Origin: an uncultured virus (IMG/VR IMGVR_UViG_3300021375_002229)
Lineage: Duplodnaviria; Heunggongvirae; Uroviricota; Caudoviricetes
Direction: 5' to 3' (one strand)
Length of the DNA: 20,000 bases
Virus record (IMG/VR): IMGVR_UViG_3300021375_002229
Each line of letters opens with the position of its first letter. Within the stretch, counting starts at the first letter, position 1. The notes below the pieces were generated by a model. It made no database searches, had not been told where the DNA came from, and saw only the letters and a program-made list of their open reading frames with translations. Positions 1 to 8,965 of this stretch are shown here, piece by piece. Position numbers and translations under genes: made by a program.

Positions 1-2
1 TG

Positions 3-335
3 TATCCAGAAGTAAATGATGATGATTTGAAAGCAATCGCTGAGATATCTCATCACACAAGAACTCAATCAATGAGTGATTCTGGTAAAGTAACTAACAT
101 GGTTTCAACAAGAGCATCTGTTGAGATGGCTGGATTAATCTACGATGGATTTGATTTATTCGAATCAGCTGAGATTTCAATCTTCCCATTCTTCTCCGCT
201 GATGGTGGTGTTGATTCTGAAAGAACTTACATCAAACAATTGGTTCAGAAATACCAAAAAGATGAAAATGGTGAACCTTTATTCAATGAGGTTGACCAAG
301 AAAAAGATTCGGAAGATGATGTTCCGATGTTTTAG
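3..335 (+). CDS. C-terminal part of an AAA+ ATPase (MoxR/CbbQ/NorQ-like), 5' truncated by the window
   Basis: Frame is open from the window start; VSTRASVE resembles the sensor-2 (S-x-R) lid of MoxR-type AAA+ proteins; acidic tail ending DDVPMF; followed by a terminator. Walker motifs lie outside the window. Confidence 0.55.
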   Translation, partial: YPEVNDDDLKAIAEISHHTRTQSMSDSGKVTNMVSTRASVEMAGLIYDGFDLFESAEISIFPFFSADGGVDSERTYIKQLVQKYQKDENGEPLFNEVDQEKDSEDDVPMF

Positions 336-358
336 GGTTTTAATCATTTACACTAAAT

Positions 359-383
359 AGGGGAGGAAACTCCCCTTTTTTTT
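359..383 (+). terminator. Rho-independent terminator
   Basis: AGGGGAG-GAAA-CTCCCCT perfect hairpin with GNRA loop, then a T-run. Confidence 0.9.
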
Positions 384-400
384 AAATCCAAAAATCAAAA

Positions 401-625
401 GTGAAAAAATACGAATTTACAGATGAAACGAGAGAACTTCTACCAAAGTTGATGGAATTTTGGTGGAAACGTTATAATTATGATTTAGCTATACATCTCG
501 GAATAACCATAGAAGATTATGAATTTATGTATTCTTTGTGGAGTAATGGACTTCCAAAATATGATGATGATGTACGAGATAGATTAAATAGAATTCGTAA
601 TATTTATTTAAAACACAAACAATAA
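401..625 (+). CDS. Hypothetical protein, 74 aa
   Basis: GTG start after an A-rich leader; ends 3 nt before the next ATG. Confidence 0.7.
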   Translation: MKKYEFTDETRELLPKLMEFWWKRYNYDLAIHLGITIEDYEFMYSLWSNGLPKYDDDVRDRLNRIRNIYLKHKQ

Positions 626-628
626 GTT

Positions 629-1342
629 ATGGATGTAGCAGTGCTAACTCAAATTATAAAAGAAACAAAATCTAACTGGAGATTTATATTTGAATCCCCC
701 CTATATAATGAAATAAAATATACTTCTGGTGAACTCGTACAACTTTGTATGAAACCAGGTATGCCTGATTCTGTTGTAAGAAATTATTCAGTAGCATCTT
801 GGCCAGATGGAACAAATAAATTTGAACTTATCATTACCTATCTCAAGGGTGGTGCTATGAGTGAGTATTTGTTTAATGAAGCAAAGGTAGGAGATGAATT
901 TATTTACAGAGGACCAATGGGAGTATTTACTCTACCAGATAATATAATGGATAGGGATATTTATTTTGTATCTACTGGTTCTGGTATATCACCATTTCGT
1001 TCAATGATAAATTATCTTTATGAGAACAAAGTACCATTCAAAAATATTAAATTATTCTTTGGTACTCGAACCGAAGATGATATAGTTTATAGAAAAGAGA
1101 TGGAAAAGATACAAGAAGAATTACCAAACTTTGAATTTATTCCAACACTATCGAGAGAAGATAAACCAGGATTTGCTAAAGGATATGTACATGACCACTA
1201 TCTTCCATTGATAGATTCATCTGAAGAGAAACCATGGGTTTATTATTGTGGTTGGGATAGAATGATTCAAGAAGGTAGAAATCATCTTTCAGAAAGAGGA
1301 TTTGAAATGATGAAAGATATCAGAGTTGAGATATTTGGATAA
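629..1342 (+). CDS. Ferredoxin-NADP+ reductase (FNR) family FAD/NAD(P)-binding oxidoreductase
   Basis: Motifs RNYSVAS (RxYS), GAMSEYL, GPMGVF, STGSGISPFRSM, FFGTR, YYCG and C-terminal EIFG. Confidence 0.92.
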   Translation: MDVAVLTQIIKETKSNWRFIFESPLYNEIKYTSGELVQLCMKPGMPDSVVRNYSVASWPDGTNKFELIITYLKGGAMSEYLFNEAKVGDEFIYRGPMGVFTLPDNIMDRDIYFVSTGSGISPFRSMINYLYENKVPFKNIKLFFGTRTEDDIVYRKEMEKIQEELPNFEFIPTLSREDKPGFAKGYVHDHYLPLIDSSEEKPWVYYCGWDRMIQEGRNHLSERGFEMMKDIRVEIFG

Positions 1343-2613
1343 TGAAGAATGAAACTAAGAATATTTACTTTGATGTAAAGGTAAATTTGGATTCTAATTT
1401 TGATAAAAAATACTTTGATGCTAAATATTTTTGGATTAACTTAGCTAATCAATCACATGAATTTTATAGAAATGAAGAGCAACATAAATACATTGTAAAT
1501 GAGTTAGTAAGTAACCATAAACATAAGGTTGAAAACTGGTATTTTTTAGAACAACATGAAATAATTGATTCTTCTCATTTTGATGATATGAAATATATAA
1601 GTAATATTATTAAGATACTGAAATCTCATAATGAATTTTATAAATTTAAAATTATAGATATTGATATGGGTGATTCACCTAAACTCAATTATAAACGAAA
1701 GTTAAAATACTATGAATCATATCCAATACTTACAGGTAATATATCTTATAGCTCTACCTTCAAAAACGTATCAGAGTTTCCTATAAATTTAGATACTATG
1801 ATAAAACTAAAAGATAAATATGTACAAAATGGATTTCAAAAACAGTTTGTATCTTTCATGGGTAGACCATCCTATCAGAGAGCTCGCATTTTTAAATTCT
1901 TATCTGAAAACTTATCTGAAAATTGCTTTGTTAGCTATAATACAAGAGGAGCAAAAGAGGACTTAAAATTTGAATCTGATAAAAATAAAAGTATAATTTC
2001 TGAAGAATATGATTTTCCATTTAACTCTGATACGAGCTCATCAGTAGATTACTGGGGTAAAAAGTATGGACAGGGTAGTTGGGCATATTCAAATTATAAA
2101 CTATCAAATCTTTACTTAAGTACATTTTGTAATATTTTGTGTGAAACTAAAGATGGAAATGAACCATATACACAAATCACAGAAAAAATAGATAAATGTA
2201 TTATAGGATTACAGCCTTTTATTGTAGTTGGAACCCCTTCTTATTTAAAAACAATTAAAGAACTGGGTTTCAAAACATTTAGTAATTGGTGGGATGAATC
2301 TTATGATGATATTAAAGACCAAAATGATAGAAGAAAAAAAGTAATTGAGATAATAACAAATATCAGTACAAAATATAGTGATGATGATTTAAAAAATATT
2401 TATAAAGAAATGCAACCTACGTTATACCATAATTTCAAATTAATGGAATCATATGGAAAAAAATATAAATATTTTTACATTAACTCTAAACAAGAGGGGC
2501 TTTCTGTATGTTATAATAAAGATACATTAAAAGAAAGTTTAGTTCCTTATCAAGATCCAGAACTTCCTGATATGAATTTAGATTCAATATTTCAAAATAA
2601 TTTTGATAATTAA
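1342..2613 (+). CDS. Putative glycosyltransferase, GT10/GT-B-like paralog 1
   Basis: C-terminal FCNILCET...ITEKIDKCIIGLQPFIVVG...GFKTFSNWWDESYD, shared with ORFs at 12992 and 14959; resembles the FxLxFEN...TEK...PIxxG motif of GT10 fucosyltransferases. Confidence 0.55.
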   Translation: MKNETKNIYFDVKVNLDSNFDKKYFDAKYFWINLANQSHEFYRNEEQHKYIVNELVSNHKHKVENWYFLEQHEIIDSSHFDDMKYISNIIKILKSHNEFYKFKIIDIDMGDSPKLNYKRKLKYYESYPILTGNISYSSTFKNVSEFPINLDTMIKLKDKYVQNGFQKQFVSFMGRPSYQRARIFKFLSENLSENCFVSYNTRGAKEDLKFESDKNKSIISEEYDFPFNSDTSSSVDYWGKKYGQGSWAYSNYKLSNLYLSTFCNILCETKDGNEPYTQITEKIDKCIIGLQPFIVVGTPSYLKTIKELGFKTFSNWWDESYDDIKDQNDRRKKVIEIITNISTKYSDDDLKNIYKEMQPTLYHNFKLMESYGKKYKYFYINSKQEGLSVCYNKDTLKESLVPYQDPELPDMNLDSIFQNNFDN

Positions 2614-2632
2614 AATATTTTTTGTATATTAG
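2601..2632 (+). promoter_or_regulatory. Bacteroidota-like promoter, copy 1
   Basis: TTTTGATAATTAAAATATTTTTTGTATATTAG aligns without gaps to the copy at 6648; lies just upstream of ORF 2652. Confidence 0.65.
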
Positions 2633-2651
2633 TAATATAAAAATTTAAGAT

Positions 2652-2861
2652 ATGAGTTTAAGAGATACAGTTAAAGATTGGATACGAGATGGAAAAGAAT
2701 TCAAAGTTAAAAATCCTCTTTGTTCCAAACGATTGGTAAAGAAAAATCTTTCCCAAATATTAGAGTTGTTAGATTCAGATTCACCCCTCATAGCATCAGA
2801 GAGAATCAAGTTTCTAATTACAGATATAGAAAATGGTAAATTGGATGCTGGAAAACTATGA
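2652..2861 (+). CDS. Hypothetical protein, 69 aa
   Basis: ORF downstream of a promoter motif; ATGA overlap with the next ORF. Confidence 0.7.
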   Translation: MSLRDTVKDWIRDGKEFKVKNPLCSKRLVKKNLSQILELLDSDSPLIASERIKFLITDIENGKLDAGKL

Positions 2862-2980
2862 CGTATAAACCAGGTTATCTTGTTGATAATATTTGGAAGT
2901 GTGGGTGTGGAGCAATGAACGCAGCATATAGAACCACTTGTGGTAAATGTGGAAAACCTAAAATTGAAAAAGATGAATAA
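2858..2980 (+). CDS. 40-aa zinc-finger microprotein (RanBP2-like)
   Basis: Hand translation MTYKPGYLVDNIWKCGCGAMNAAYRTTCGKCGKPKIEKDE has W-x-C-x-C-x3-N-x6-C-x2-C; overlaps both neighbours; not in the ORF track. Confidence 0.75.
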   Translation: MTYKPGYLVDNIWKCGCGAMNAAYRTTCGKCGKPKIEKDE

Positions 2981-3128
2981 AGAATTAGTTAAAATATTAG
3001 AAACTCTCAAAGAAGATTTTGAGATGTTACAAGATGGTACTTGGGATTTGAATTACTCAGATGGTTCAGAAATTCAAGCATCAATAGATAACGTAGATAA
3101 GGCAATAAAAATAGTTAAAGATGAGTAA
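2973..3128 (+). CDS. Hypothetical protein, 51 aa
   Basis: ATG at 2973 (MNKELVKILE...) overlaps the previous stop; preferred over the 2940 start in the track. Confidence 0.7.
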   Translation: MNKELVKILETLKEDFEMLQDGTWDLNYSDGSEIQASIDNVDKAIKIVKDE

Positions 3129-3252
3129 AACAAAACAAGATTGGTTGGAAGAATTAGTAAAAAAATACTCCATTCCTACCGAAGAAAAACCAGATAAAAG
3201 GGGTATGTTAAACGAAACACAATTAAAGAATTTAAAAGATGGGAAGAACTAA
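3121..3252 (+). CDS. Hypothetical protein, 43 aa
   Basis: Hand translation MSKTKQDWLEELVKKYSIPTEEKPDKRGMLNETQLKNLKDGKN fills the gap and overlaps both neighbours. Confidence 0.6.
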   Translation: MSKTKQDWLEELVKKYSIPTEEKPDKRGMLNETQLKNLKDGKN

Positions 3253-3538
3253 AGAGTTATTAGATGAACTTCATATAACTGAAGAAGATATATTGACTGA
3301 ATTGACTGCTAGAAATGATGATGACTATCAATATCAGAAATGGATGGAATCCGAAGAGTTTGTAGAATATGTAAATGCAGAAATTGATTCAACAAAACCA
3401 TTGTATTCAGAATCAGATATTATGGGAGCAACAAGGTACGCATCTAAATCTATTACAATACCACCAAGTGAGGTTGGTAAAGAAGTTTATGATATGTTAT
3501 TTTCAGAAAAGATAGAGGAATATCTTTCATTAAAGTAA
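3239..3538 (+). CDS. Hypothetical acidic protein, 99 aa
   Basis: D/E-rich ORF; TAATG coupling to apt. Confidence 0.75.
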   Translation: MGRTKELLDELHITEEDILTELTARNDDDYQYQKWMESEEFVEYVNAEIDSTKPLYSESDIMGATRYASKSITIPPSEVGKEVYDMLFSEKIEEYLSLK

Positions 3539-4041
3539 TGGAATTCTACAAAGAATACATAGGAAAGATAGAAAACTTTCCTATCGAGGGAATTACTTAT
3601 AGAGATATTCAACCATTACTTGCAAACCATACTGTATTTATGGAAGCAATTAAAGATATGGGAAATCTAATAGAAGTCAAACCTGATTATTGGATAGCAT
3701 TAGAATCAAGAGGATTCTTATTTGCATCAGCACTTTCAATGTTATTTGGAGGTGGAGTTAGACTAATCAGAAAAAAAGGTAAATTAGGTAATTCAGAATT
3801 ATGTTCAGTTGATTATGGTTTGGAATATGGTAAAGATTCATTTGAAATGGCTCATTTACCAGAATTTACTTCAGGTAATATTGTAATAGTAGATGATGTT
3901 TATGCAACCGGTGGTACTATGAAAGCAGCACAGGGATTATGTGAAAAAATTGGTTACAATGTAACTGATAAATTATGTTTGATGGATATTGGTATTGTAA
4001 AAAACCATAATGTTAAATGTTTGATAAAATATGATGGGTAA
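3538..4041 (+). CDS. apt: Adenine phosphoribosyltransferase
   Basis: NFPIEGITYRDIQPLL, LESRGFLF, IRKKGKL, YGLEYG and the PRPP-binding loop IVIVDDVYATGGT are characteristic of APRT. Confidence 0.93.
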   Translation: MEFYKEYIGKIENFPIEGITYRDIQPLLANHTVFMEAIKDMGNLIEVKPDYWIALESRGFLFASALSMLFGGGVRLIRKKGKLGNSELCSVDYGLEYGKDSFEMAHLPEFTSGNIVIVDDVYATGGTMKAAQGLCEKIGYNVTDKLCLMDIGIVKNHNVKCLIKYDG

Positions 4042-4606
4042 AATAATATTAGTATCAGCAACACCTTTAGAACATGGTGGGTTGAAAGATATAAATGGTG
4101 TACCAATTTTCCAAACAGGTATTGGTAAAATAAACTCCGCGATGAATTTAACAGAAATTATTCTAAACGAGAAACCAGATTTGGTTGTTAACTTTGGTTC
4201 TTGTGGTAACTTACAAAAACATAAGGTAGGTGAGGTGATAAAAGTTGGAACAGTTTATAATAATATAGATGTAAGACCATTTGCAGAATATGGATGTACA
4301 CCAGAAACACCAAACTGTGAACTAAAACTTTCAGATAGTGGAATCAAATGTTTTACAACAGACCAGATATATGATAATACTCGTACAGATTATGCAGAGA
4401 AGTACTTAGAAATGGTTGCTGGATGTGATATTGTCGAGATGGAGTGTTATTCACTTGCATATGTTTGTAAGAAATATGGTGTATCATTTGAATCATACAA
4501 ATGGGTATCTGATGATGGTAATGTAGATACATGGGAAGAGAATGCAGCAATTGGATTCCAAAACTTTAGAGAACATTTTGGACAAACTTTCTTTTCTGAA
4601 TATTGA
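4031..4606 (+). CDS. MTA/SAH nucleosidase-like protein (PNP/UDP phosphorylase superfamily)
   Basis: TGIGKINSA, VVNFGSCG, TTDQ, VEMECYSLAYVC and KWVSD match MtnN/Pfs motifs; exact substrate uncertain. Confidence 0.82.
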   Translation: MMGKIILVSATPLEHGGLKDINGVPIFQTGIGKINSAMNLTEIILNEKPDLVVNFGSCGNLQKHKVGEVIKVGTVYNNIDVRPFAEYGCTPETPNCELKLSDSGIKCFTTDQIYDNTRTDYAEKYLEMVAGCDIVEMECYSLAYVCKKYGVSFESYKWVSDDGNVDTWEENAAIGFQNFREHFGQTFFSEY

Positions 4607-5217
4607 TTATGTTAAAAACTTACAATAAAAAAGGATGGGTACATTTAAAGGAAGTTGTTCCTGATGATGTTATTAGTGAATTACGAAAAAGAGCTATAAA
4701 ATTAAGAGAATGGGTCAATGATAAAGTAGGAACTCCTTGTGAGTATGGTTCTAATGTACATTGGTTAGGTGTTGGTTGTGCCGGAATGTATGATAAGTAT
4801 CTAATGGGATTTTACAAACACGATATAATGTATGAGATATCGAGTGAGTTATTAGAAACAAAAGATGTTTGGTTATATAATGACCAGATTGTTGTTAAAC
4901 TACCAAATGATGAGTTTGATTTCAAAGCCCATTCAGATAATGAAGCAGAAGGAACAAATTCGGTAAATCTTTGTGTAATATTAGATGACTTCACAGATGA
5001 AAATGGAACATTAGAAATGTACAACAAAGATAATAATGAAATAGAAAAAGTATATCCAAAGGCTGGGGATATAGTAGCAATACATGGAGATACATTACAT
5101 AAATCACAACCAAACACATCAGATAATCCAAGATGTTTATATGCTTGTGTTTATGCAGCTAATAGATTAAATCATATGAATTTTTATAGAACAAAATTTA
5201 AACCAGATTTACTATGA
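4603..5217 (+). CDS. PhyH-family 2-oxoglutarate/Fe(II) dioxygenase
   Basis: K..HxD (AHSD), LDDFTDENGTL, AGDIVAIHG.TLHKS.PN.S..PR give the HxD...H triad and the 2OG-binding Arg. Confidence 0.85.
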   Translation: MIMLKTYNKKGWVHLKEVVPDDVISELRKRAIKLREWVNDKVGTPCEYGSNVHWLGVGCAGMYDKYLMGFYKHDIMYEISSELLETKDVWLYNDQIVVKLPNDEFDFKAHSDNEAEGTNSVNLCVILDDFTDENGTLEMYNKDNNEIEKVYPKAGDIVAIHGDTLHKSQPNTSDNPRCLYACVYAANRLNHMNFYRTKFKPDLL

Positions 5218-5804
5218 TTACTCAGAGATTTAATCCAACCGATAAATGGAGTCCATTTCATTTTAATTATGAATTTATAGGTTTTATTGAGATGTTATCA
5301 GAACTTTCATCTTTGTTACATCAAAATCTTTTAAATGGTTCTAACATGATTGAAATTGGAAGTTACATGGGCGAATCTACTAAGTTGTTTGGATGTACCA
5401 AATTATTTAATAAAATATATTCAATAGACCCGCATACTGGTCAAGAAAAATTTAATGAAATTGCAAATATAACTTGGGGTGAGGTGATTGAAGAATATGA
5501 ACTTAATACTAAACTCTTTAATAATATAGAACATATAAAAGATTTCAGTTACAATGTTGTTGATAAATTTGAAGATAATAGTATAGATTTTATTTATGTA
5601 GATGGTGCACACGATTATGAATCAGTAAAGAGAGATTTAAAATTATATTTACCTAAGTTAAAAAATGGTGGTATTATTGGTGGTCATGATTATAATCCAA
5701 AACATTGGCCTGATGTATGCAAAGCAGTAACTGAAATTGTGGGTAATCCATATAAAGTATTTAGAGATACAAGTTGGATTTACGTTAAAAAAAACTTAAT
5801 ATAA
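5214..5804 (+). CDS. Class I SAM-dependent methyltransferase (Methyltransf_24-like)
   Basis: IEIGSYMGES, SIDP, IDFIYVDGAHDYESVKRDL, LKNGGIIGGHDY. Confidence 0.88.
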   Translation: MITQRFNPTDKWSPFHFNYEFIGFIEMLSELSSLLHQNLLNGSNMIEIGSYMGESTKLFGCTKLFNKIYSIDPHTGQEKFNEIANITWGEVIEEYELNTKLFNNIEHIKDFSYNVVDKFEDNSIDFIYVDGAHDYESVKRDLKLYLPKLKNGGIIGGHDYNPKHWPDVCKAVTEIVGNPYKVFRDTSWIYVKKNLI

Positions 5805-6490
5805 TGATTTATGCTACTTTGTGTGTTGGAGAAAAATGGTGTAAACAAAACGCTGATGATATAAATGATTTAGGAAAAGATAATTTAGTGTATGTTTATA
5901 CAGATTTTGCTGAATATTTCCCAAACTGTAAGATAGTACAATATACAAGAAAAGATTTTAGTTACTATGAAAAACTACCATTTTGGCTTAACTTAATAAT
6001 CAAACACAAAGAAAGAGTAGTGTATATTGATTCAGATTCAACTCAAACAATTCCAATGCAAATACTTCGTAATGGTACTGCTAATTTGGATAACGAATCA
6101 GTTTATACATTTACTATGTTTAATAATCCATCATATGCTTACGAACTACTTAAAAAAAATCCTTCTTTAGTACAGCTAATGGAAATATATGAGGAATTGG
6201 GATATGACCCCATTTGTTTTTATTTACATGAAAAATTACTTTCATTACCTTATAAAAAAGATGAAACTGAATTGATACTAAAAGAAATACTTAATCTTCA
6301 ATCTATATTTGAAGAAAAATATTATAAAGGTAGGTTTTGGAAAGGTATTCCTCATGATGAGACTGGAACGCATGAATGTAATAAATGGTCAAAATATGGT
6401 TGTGGATATGGTGAAGGTGGAGCTATTTCAATTTTGATTCATAATTTAAACATACCAATTAAAACAATAAGAGAATATTCAGTTATATGA
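5804..6490 (+). CDS. Putative GT-A fold glycosyltransferase
   Basis: VYVYTD strand and VVYIDSD (DxD after a hydrophobic strand) at positions typical of GT-A enzymes; context of glycan genes. Confidence 0.45.
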   Translation: MIYATLCVGEKWCKQNADDINDLGKDNLVYVYTDFAEYFPNCKIVQYTRKDFSYYEKLPFWLNLIIKHKERVVYIDSDSTQTIPMQILRNGTANLDNESVYTFTMFNNPSYAYELLKKNPSLVQLMEIYEELGYDPICFYLHEKLLSLPYKKDETELILKEILNLQSIFEEKYYKGRFWKGIPHDETGTHECNKWSKYGCGYGEGGAISILIHNLNIPIKTIREYSVI

Positions 6491-6666
6491 TAGAATTTTT
6501 AAGACATATATTAGGAGTATGTGGTGAACACTTTCACCCAAACATTTGGAACACCATGGCATCTATTCCAATAATAGCAACAACAGTACATTATATTAAA
6601 TGTAAATGTGGTGGATGGTTCAGACACAAAAAGAGTTGTGAAAATAATTTGGATAATCAAAAATAA
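6487..6666 (+). CDS. 59-aa Cys/His-rich microprotein
   Basis: Hand translation MIEFLRHILGVCGEHFHPNIWNTMASIPIIATTVHYIKCKCGGWFRHKKSCENNLDNQK; ATGA overlap upstream. Confidence 0.65.
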   Translation: MIEFLRHILGVCGEHFHPNIWNTMASIPIIATTVHYIKCKCGGWFRHKKSCENNLDNQK

Positions 6667-6679
6667 TTTCGTATATTAG
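6648..6679 (+). promoter_or_regulatory. Bacteroidota-like promoter, copy 2
   Basis: TTTGGATAATCAAAAATAATTTCGTATATTAG, ending 24 nt before the ATG at 6704. Confidence 0.72.
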
Positions 6680-6703
6680 TAGTAAACATTAAACTATAAA
6701 ATT

Positions 6704-7171
6704 ATGGCTTACAATCCCTTCAGATGGTTCACAAAAGGTAAATATAGAAAGAGACCTTTAAAATCAAAAGAACCTTTATTACTTAAAATACAAAATGGTG
6801 ATTTCGAATATTCACCATATCTTCTTGAATCTATTGATGAAGCGAATAATTATCAAAAGAAATTTGATGATTTTATGGAAACATCTTTACTACAAAATGG
6901 TCTTGATAAAGAAGTTGAGGCACACGAGCATGCAAAAATGAGAAGAATTGCATCTCAAAAACTTATGGAGAAGGGATTAGAAGAAGAGCAGACACGATTG
7001 ATGGAGTTGAGAACCCAATTAACTTCTGAGTTTGGTAAAGACCTTTGGGATAAGTGTATGGAAAAGCAAAGAGGAAAAGGTACTACTGAGGATATGTATT
7101 GGTGGTACAAAAAACAAATGGGATTAACCTACACTAAATCAGAACTTCAGATTAGAGGTATTAATTTATGA
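6704..7171 (+). CDS. Hypothetical protein, 155 aa
   Basis: ORF after a promoter; ATGA overlap with the next gene; no motif recognised. Confidence 0.8.
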   Translation: MAYNPFRWFTKGKYRKRPLKSKEPLLLKIQNGDFEYSPYLLESIDEANNYQKKFDDFMETSLLQNGLDKEVEAHEHAKMRRIASQKLMEKGLEEEQTRLMELRTQLTSEFGKDLWDKCMEKQRGKGTTEDMYWWYKKQMGLTYTKSELQIRGINL

Positions 7172-8031
7172 TTGAAAAAATATATGCATTTGGAACATCT
7201 CATACCGCAGGTGGTGGGTTTGAGTTTAATGTTTCAGATAGATACAGAAAGAATCCTAATTTATACAAGAAAATATTTGATACAGAGGACCACTTTGATT
7301 TCTCTTATCCAAATATATTAGGTAGGATGATAAATGTTGAGGTTGTAAATTTAGCCAAACAAGGATTTGGATATGAGCGAGTCAATCGTAAACTAATTGA
7401 AGTAGTATCTAGTCCTAAATTTAATAAAGATAGCTCACTTGTTCTTATAGAAATATCTGATTGGGATAGAAAAGAATGGTATTCTAAAGAAATAGGAAAG
7501 TATTTTATAACTAATTTTGGTCCTCGTAGTATTGATACGTTATCATTTTCTACTGATTATCACTATGAAAATAAAAAAGAGGCAGAAGTAATTTCTAAAT
7601 ATCAAAATACATTGATAGATTTTTATAAGATAACTCACAATGATTACCAATATCTAATTTCAAAGCTTCAAGAATCTTTTATATTTATGATATCATTTCT
7701 TCAAAGATTTGGTGTTAAGTTTTATCTAACTAATGGTGGTCTACCAATAGAGCCAAAATTTAAACAACAAATGAATTATGATTCAAATATAGTTGAATAT
7801 AAATTTCATAAAAATGTATTAAATTTTGTACAAGATATGAGTGAATTTAATATAGATAAAGAATCACGAGGAATTGTATCTGATAACCATCAAGGGGTTT
7901 CTGTTAATCTAACAATAGCAGAACACATATTTAATAAAATGATTGATGATAAGTATTTATTATCAGATAAAATTATTATAGATTTTAATAAGAATTGGGA
8001 ACTTATTCAAAATAAATTATTTGATGATTAA
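7168..8031 (+). CDS. SGNH/GDSL-like hydrolase or acyltransferase, paralog 1
   Basis: FGTSHTAG (block I Ser), NLAKQGFG (block II), C-terminal DNH (block V). Confidence 0.65.
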   Translation: MIEKIYAFGTSHTAGGGFEFNVSDRYRKNPNLYKKIFDTEDHFDFSYPNILGRMINVEVVNLAKQGFGYERVNRKLIEVVSSPKFNKDSSLVLIEISDWDRKEWYSKEIGKYFITNFGPRSIDTLSFSTDYHYENKKEAEVISKYQNTLIDFYKITHNDYQYLISKLQESFIFMISFLQRFGVKFYLTNGGLPIEPKFKQQMNYDSNIVEYKFHKNVLNFVQDMSEFNIDKESRGIVSDNHQGVSVNLTIAEHIFNKMIDDKYLLSDKIIIDFNKNWELIQNKLFDD

Positions 8032-8965
8032 GAAAATATATACTTTTGGAACATCTTATACAGAAGGTGGGGGATATGAGTGGCATAATGACCATCTTAA
8101 ATACTCAGTAATACACGCATATAAAGGTGTACCTGATGAATTAACTATGAAAAACTTTTCATATCCTGGTCAGTTACAAAAGTTATTATCAGATACTAAG
8201 TATGGTATTGAGGTTATAAACTTAGGCAAAAGTGGATATGGTAATGAAAGGTTATACAGAAAAGCAACCGATATAACAATGATGGATGATTTTGATAAAG
8301 ATACCACACTATTTTTATTTGAATTCTCTTGGACCGGTAGAAAAGAATTATACTCAAGAGCTTTAAAAGATTACATAATACTAAATTATAGTAATCCAGA
8401 CCACGAGAATAGACCGGACTTTACAACGGTACATGGATATGCAAGTGATTATGTATATGATGATAACAATACACATAACCAAAAAATGGATAAGATACCT
8501 GATGGACGTTTTTATCAACAATACTGTGATACTGTTATCAACCACGATATTCAGTTTAGCTTGTTAAAAAACTCAACAACTACATTTTTATCTTACTTAA
8601 CTTTAAATAAAATTAATTTTCTTACTGTTGTTCCTCCACATTATATTGAACCTTGTTATTGGGATACATTATTATATCCAAACATTATAAATACATTTCC
8701 TGATTATGATGGACATAATCTTGTAGGAGAATCGGGATTAATACAAAACGAAACATTAGATTTCCACCATGACCGACATTGGGGATATATTTCTAACAAA
8801 TGGATTGCCAGTTTGGTATATGATGAACTTATAGATAGAAATTTTATTGATGGTACAAAACTTAATAAAAAAAGAAAAGATTTTGATTATATTAATAATA
8901 TTATTCTTAATAATATAAAAAATTCACCAGATTGTAAACGAATTATTAAGGATAGAGAGAAATGA
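8021..8965 (+). CDS. SGNH/GDSL-like protein, paralog 2
   Basis: FGTSYTEG, NLGKSGYGN, DRH. Confidence 0.65.
   Translation: MMIKKIYTFGTSYTEGGGYEWHNDHLKYSVIHAYKGVPDELTMKNFSYPGQLQKLLSDTKYGIEVINLGKSGYGNERLYRKATDITMMDDFDKDTTLFLFEFSWTGRKELYSRALKDYIILNYSNPDHENRPDFTTVHGYASDYVYDDNNTHNQKMDKIPDGRFYQQYCDTVINHDIQFSLLKNSTTTFLSYLTLNKINFLTVVPPHYIEPCYWDTLLYPNIINTFPDYDGHNLVGESGLIQNETLDFHHDRHWGYISNKWIASLVYDELIDRNFIDGTKLNKKRKDFDYINNIILNNIKNSPDCKRIIKDREK

Noticed and set aside
145..360. 71-aa + strand ORF
   Set aside because: Alternative frame inside the AAA ATPase C-terminus that runs into the terminator.
2940..2972. Track start at 2940
   Set aside because: Overlaps the zinc-finger ORF; the ATG at 2973 fits the usual stop/start coupling.
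4031..4606. Nucleosidase as a defence effector (Cap17/Detocs-like)
   Set aside because: Short stand-alone domain with no sensor, TPR or cyclase neighbours; adjacency to apt favours salvage.
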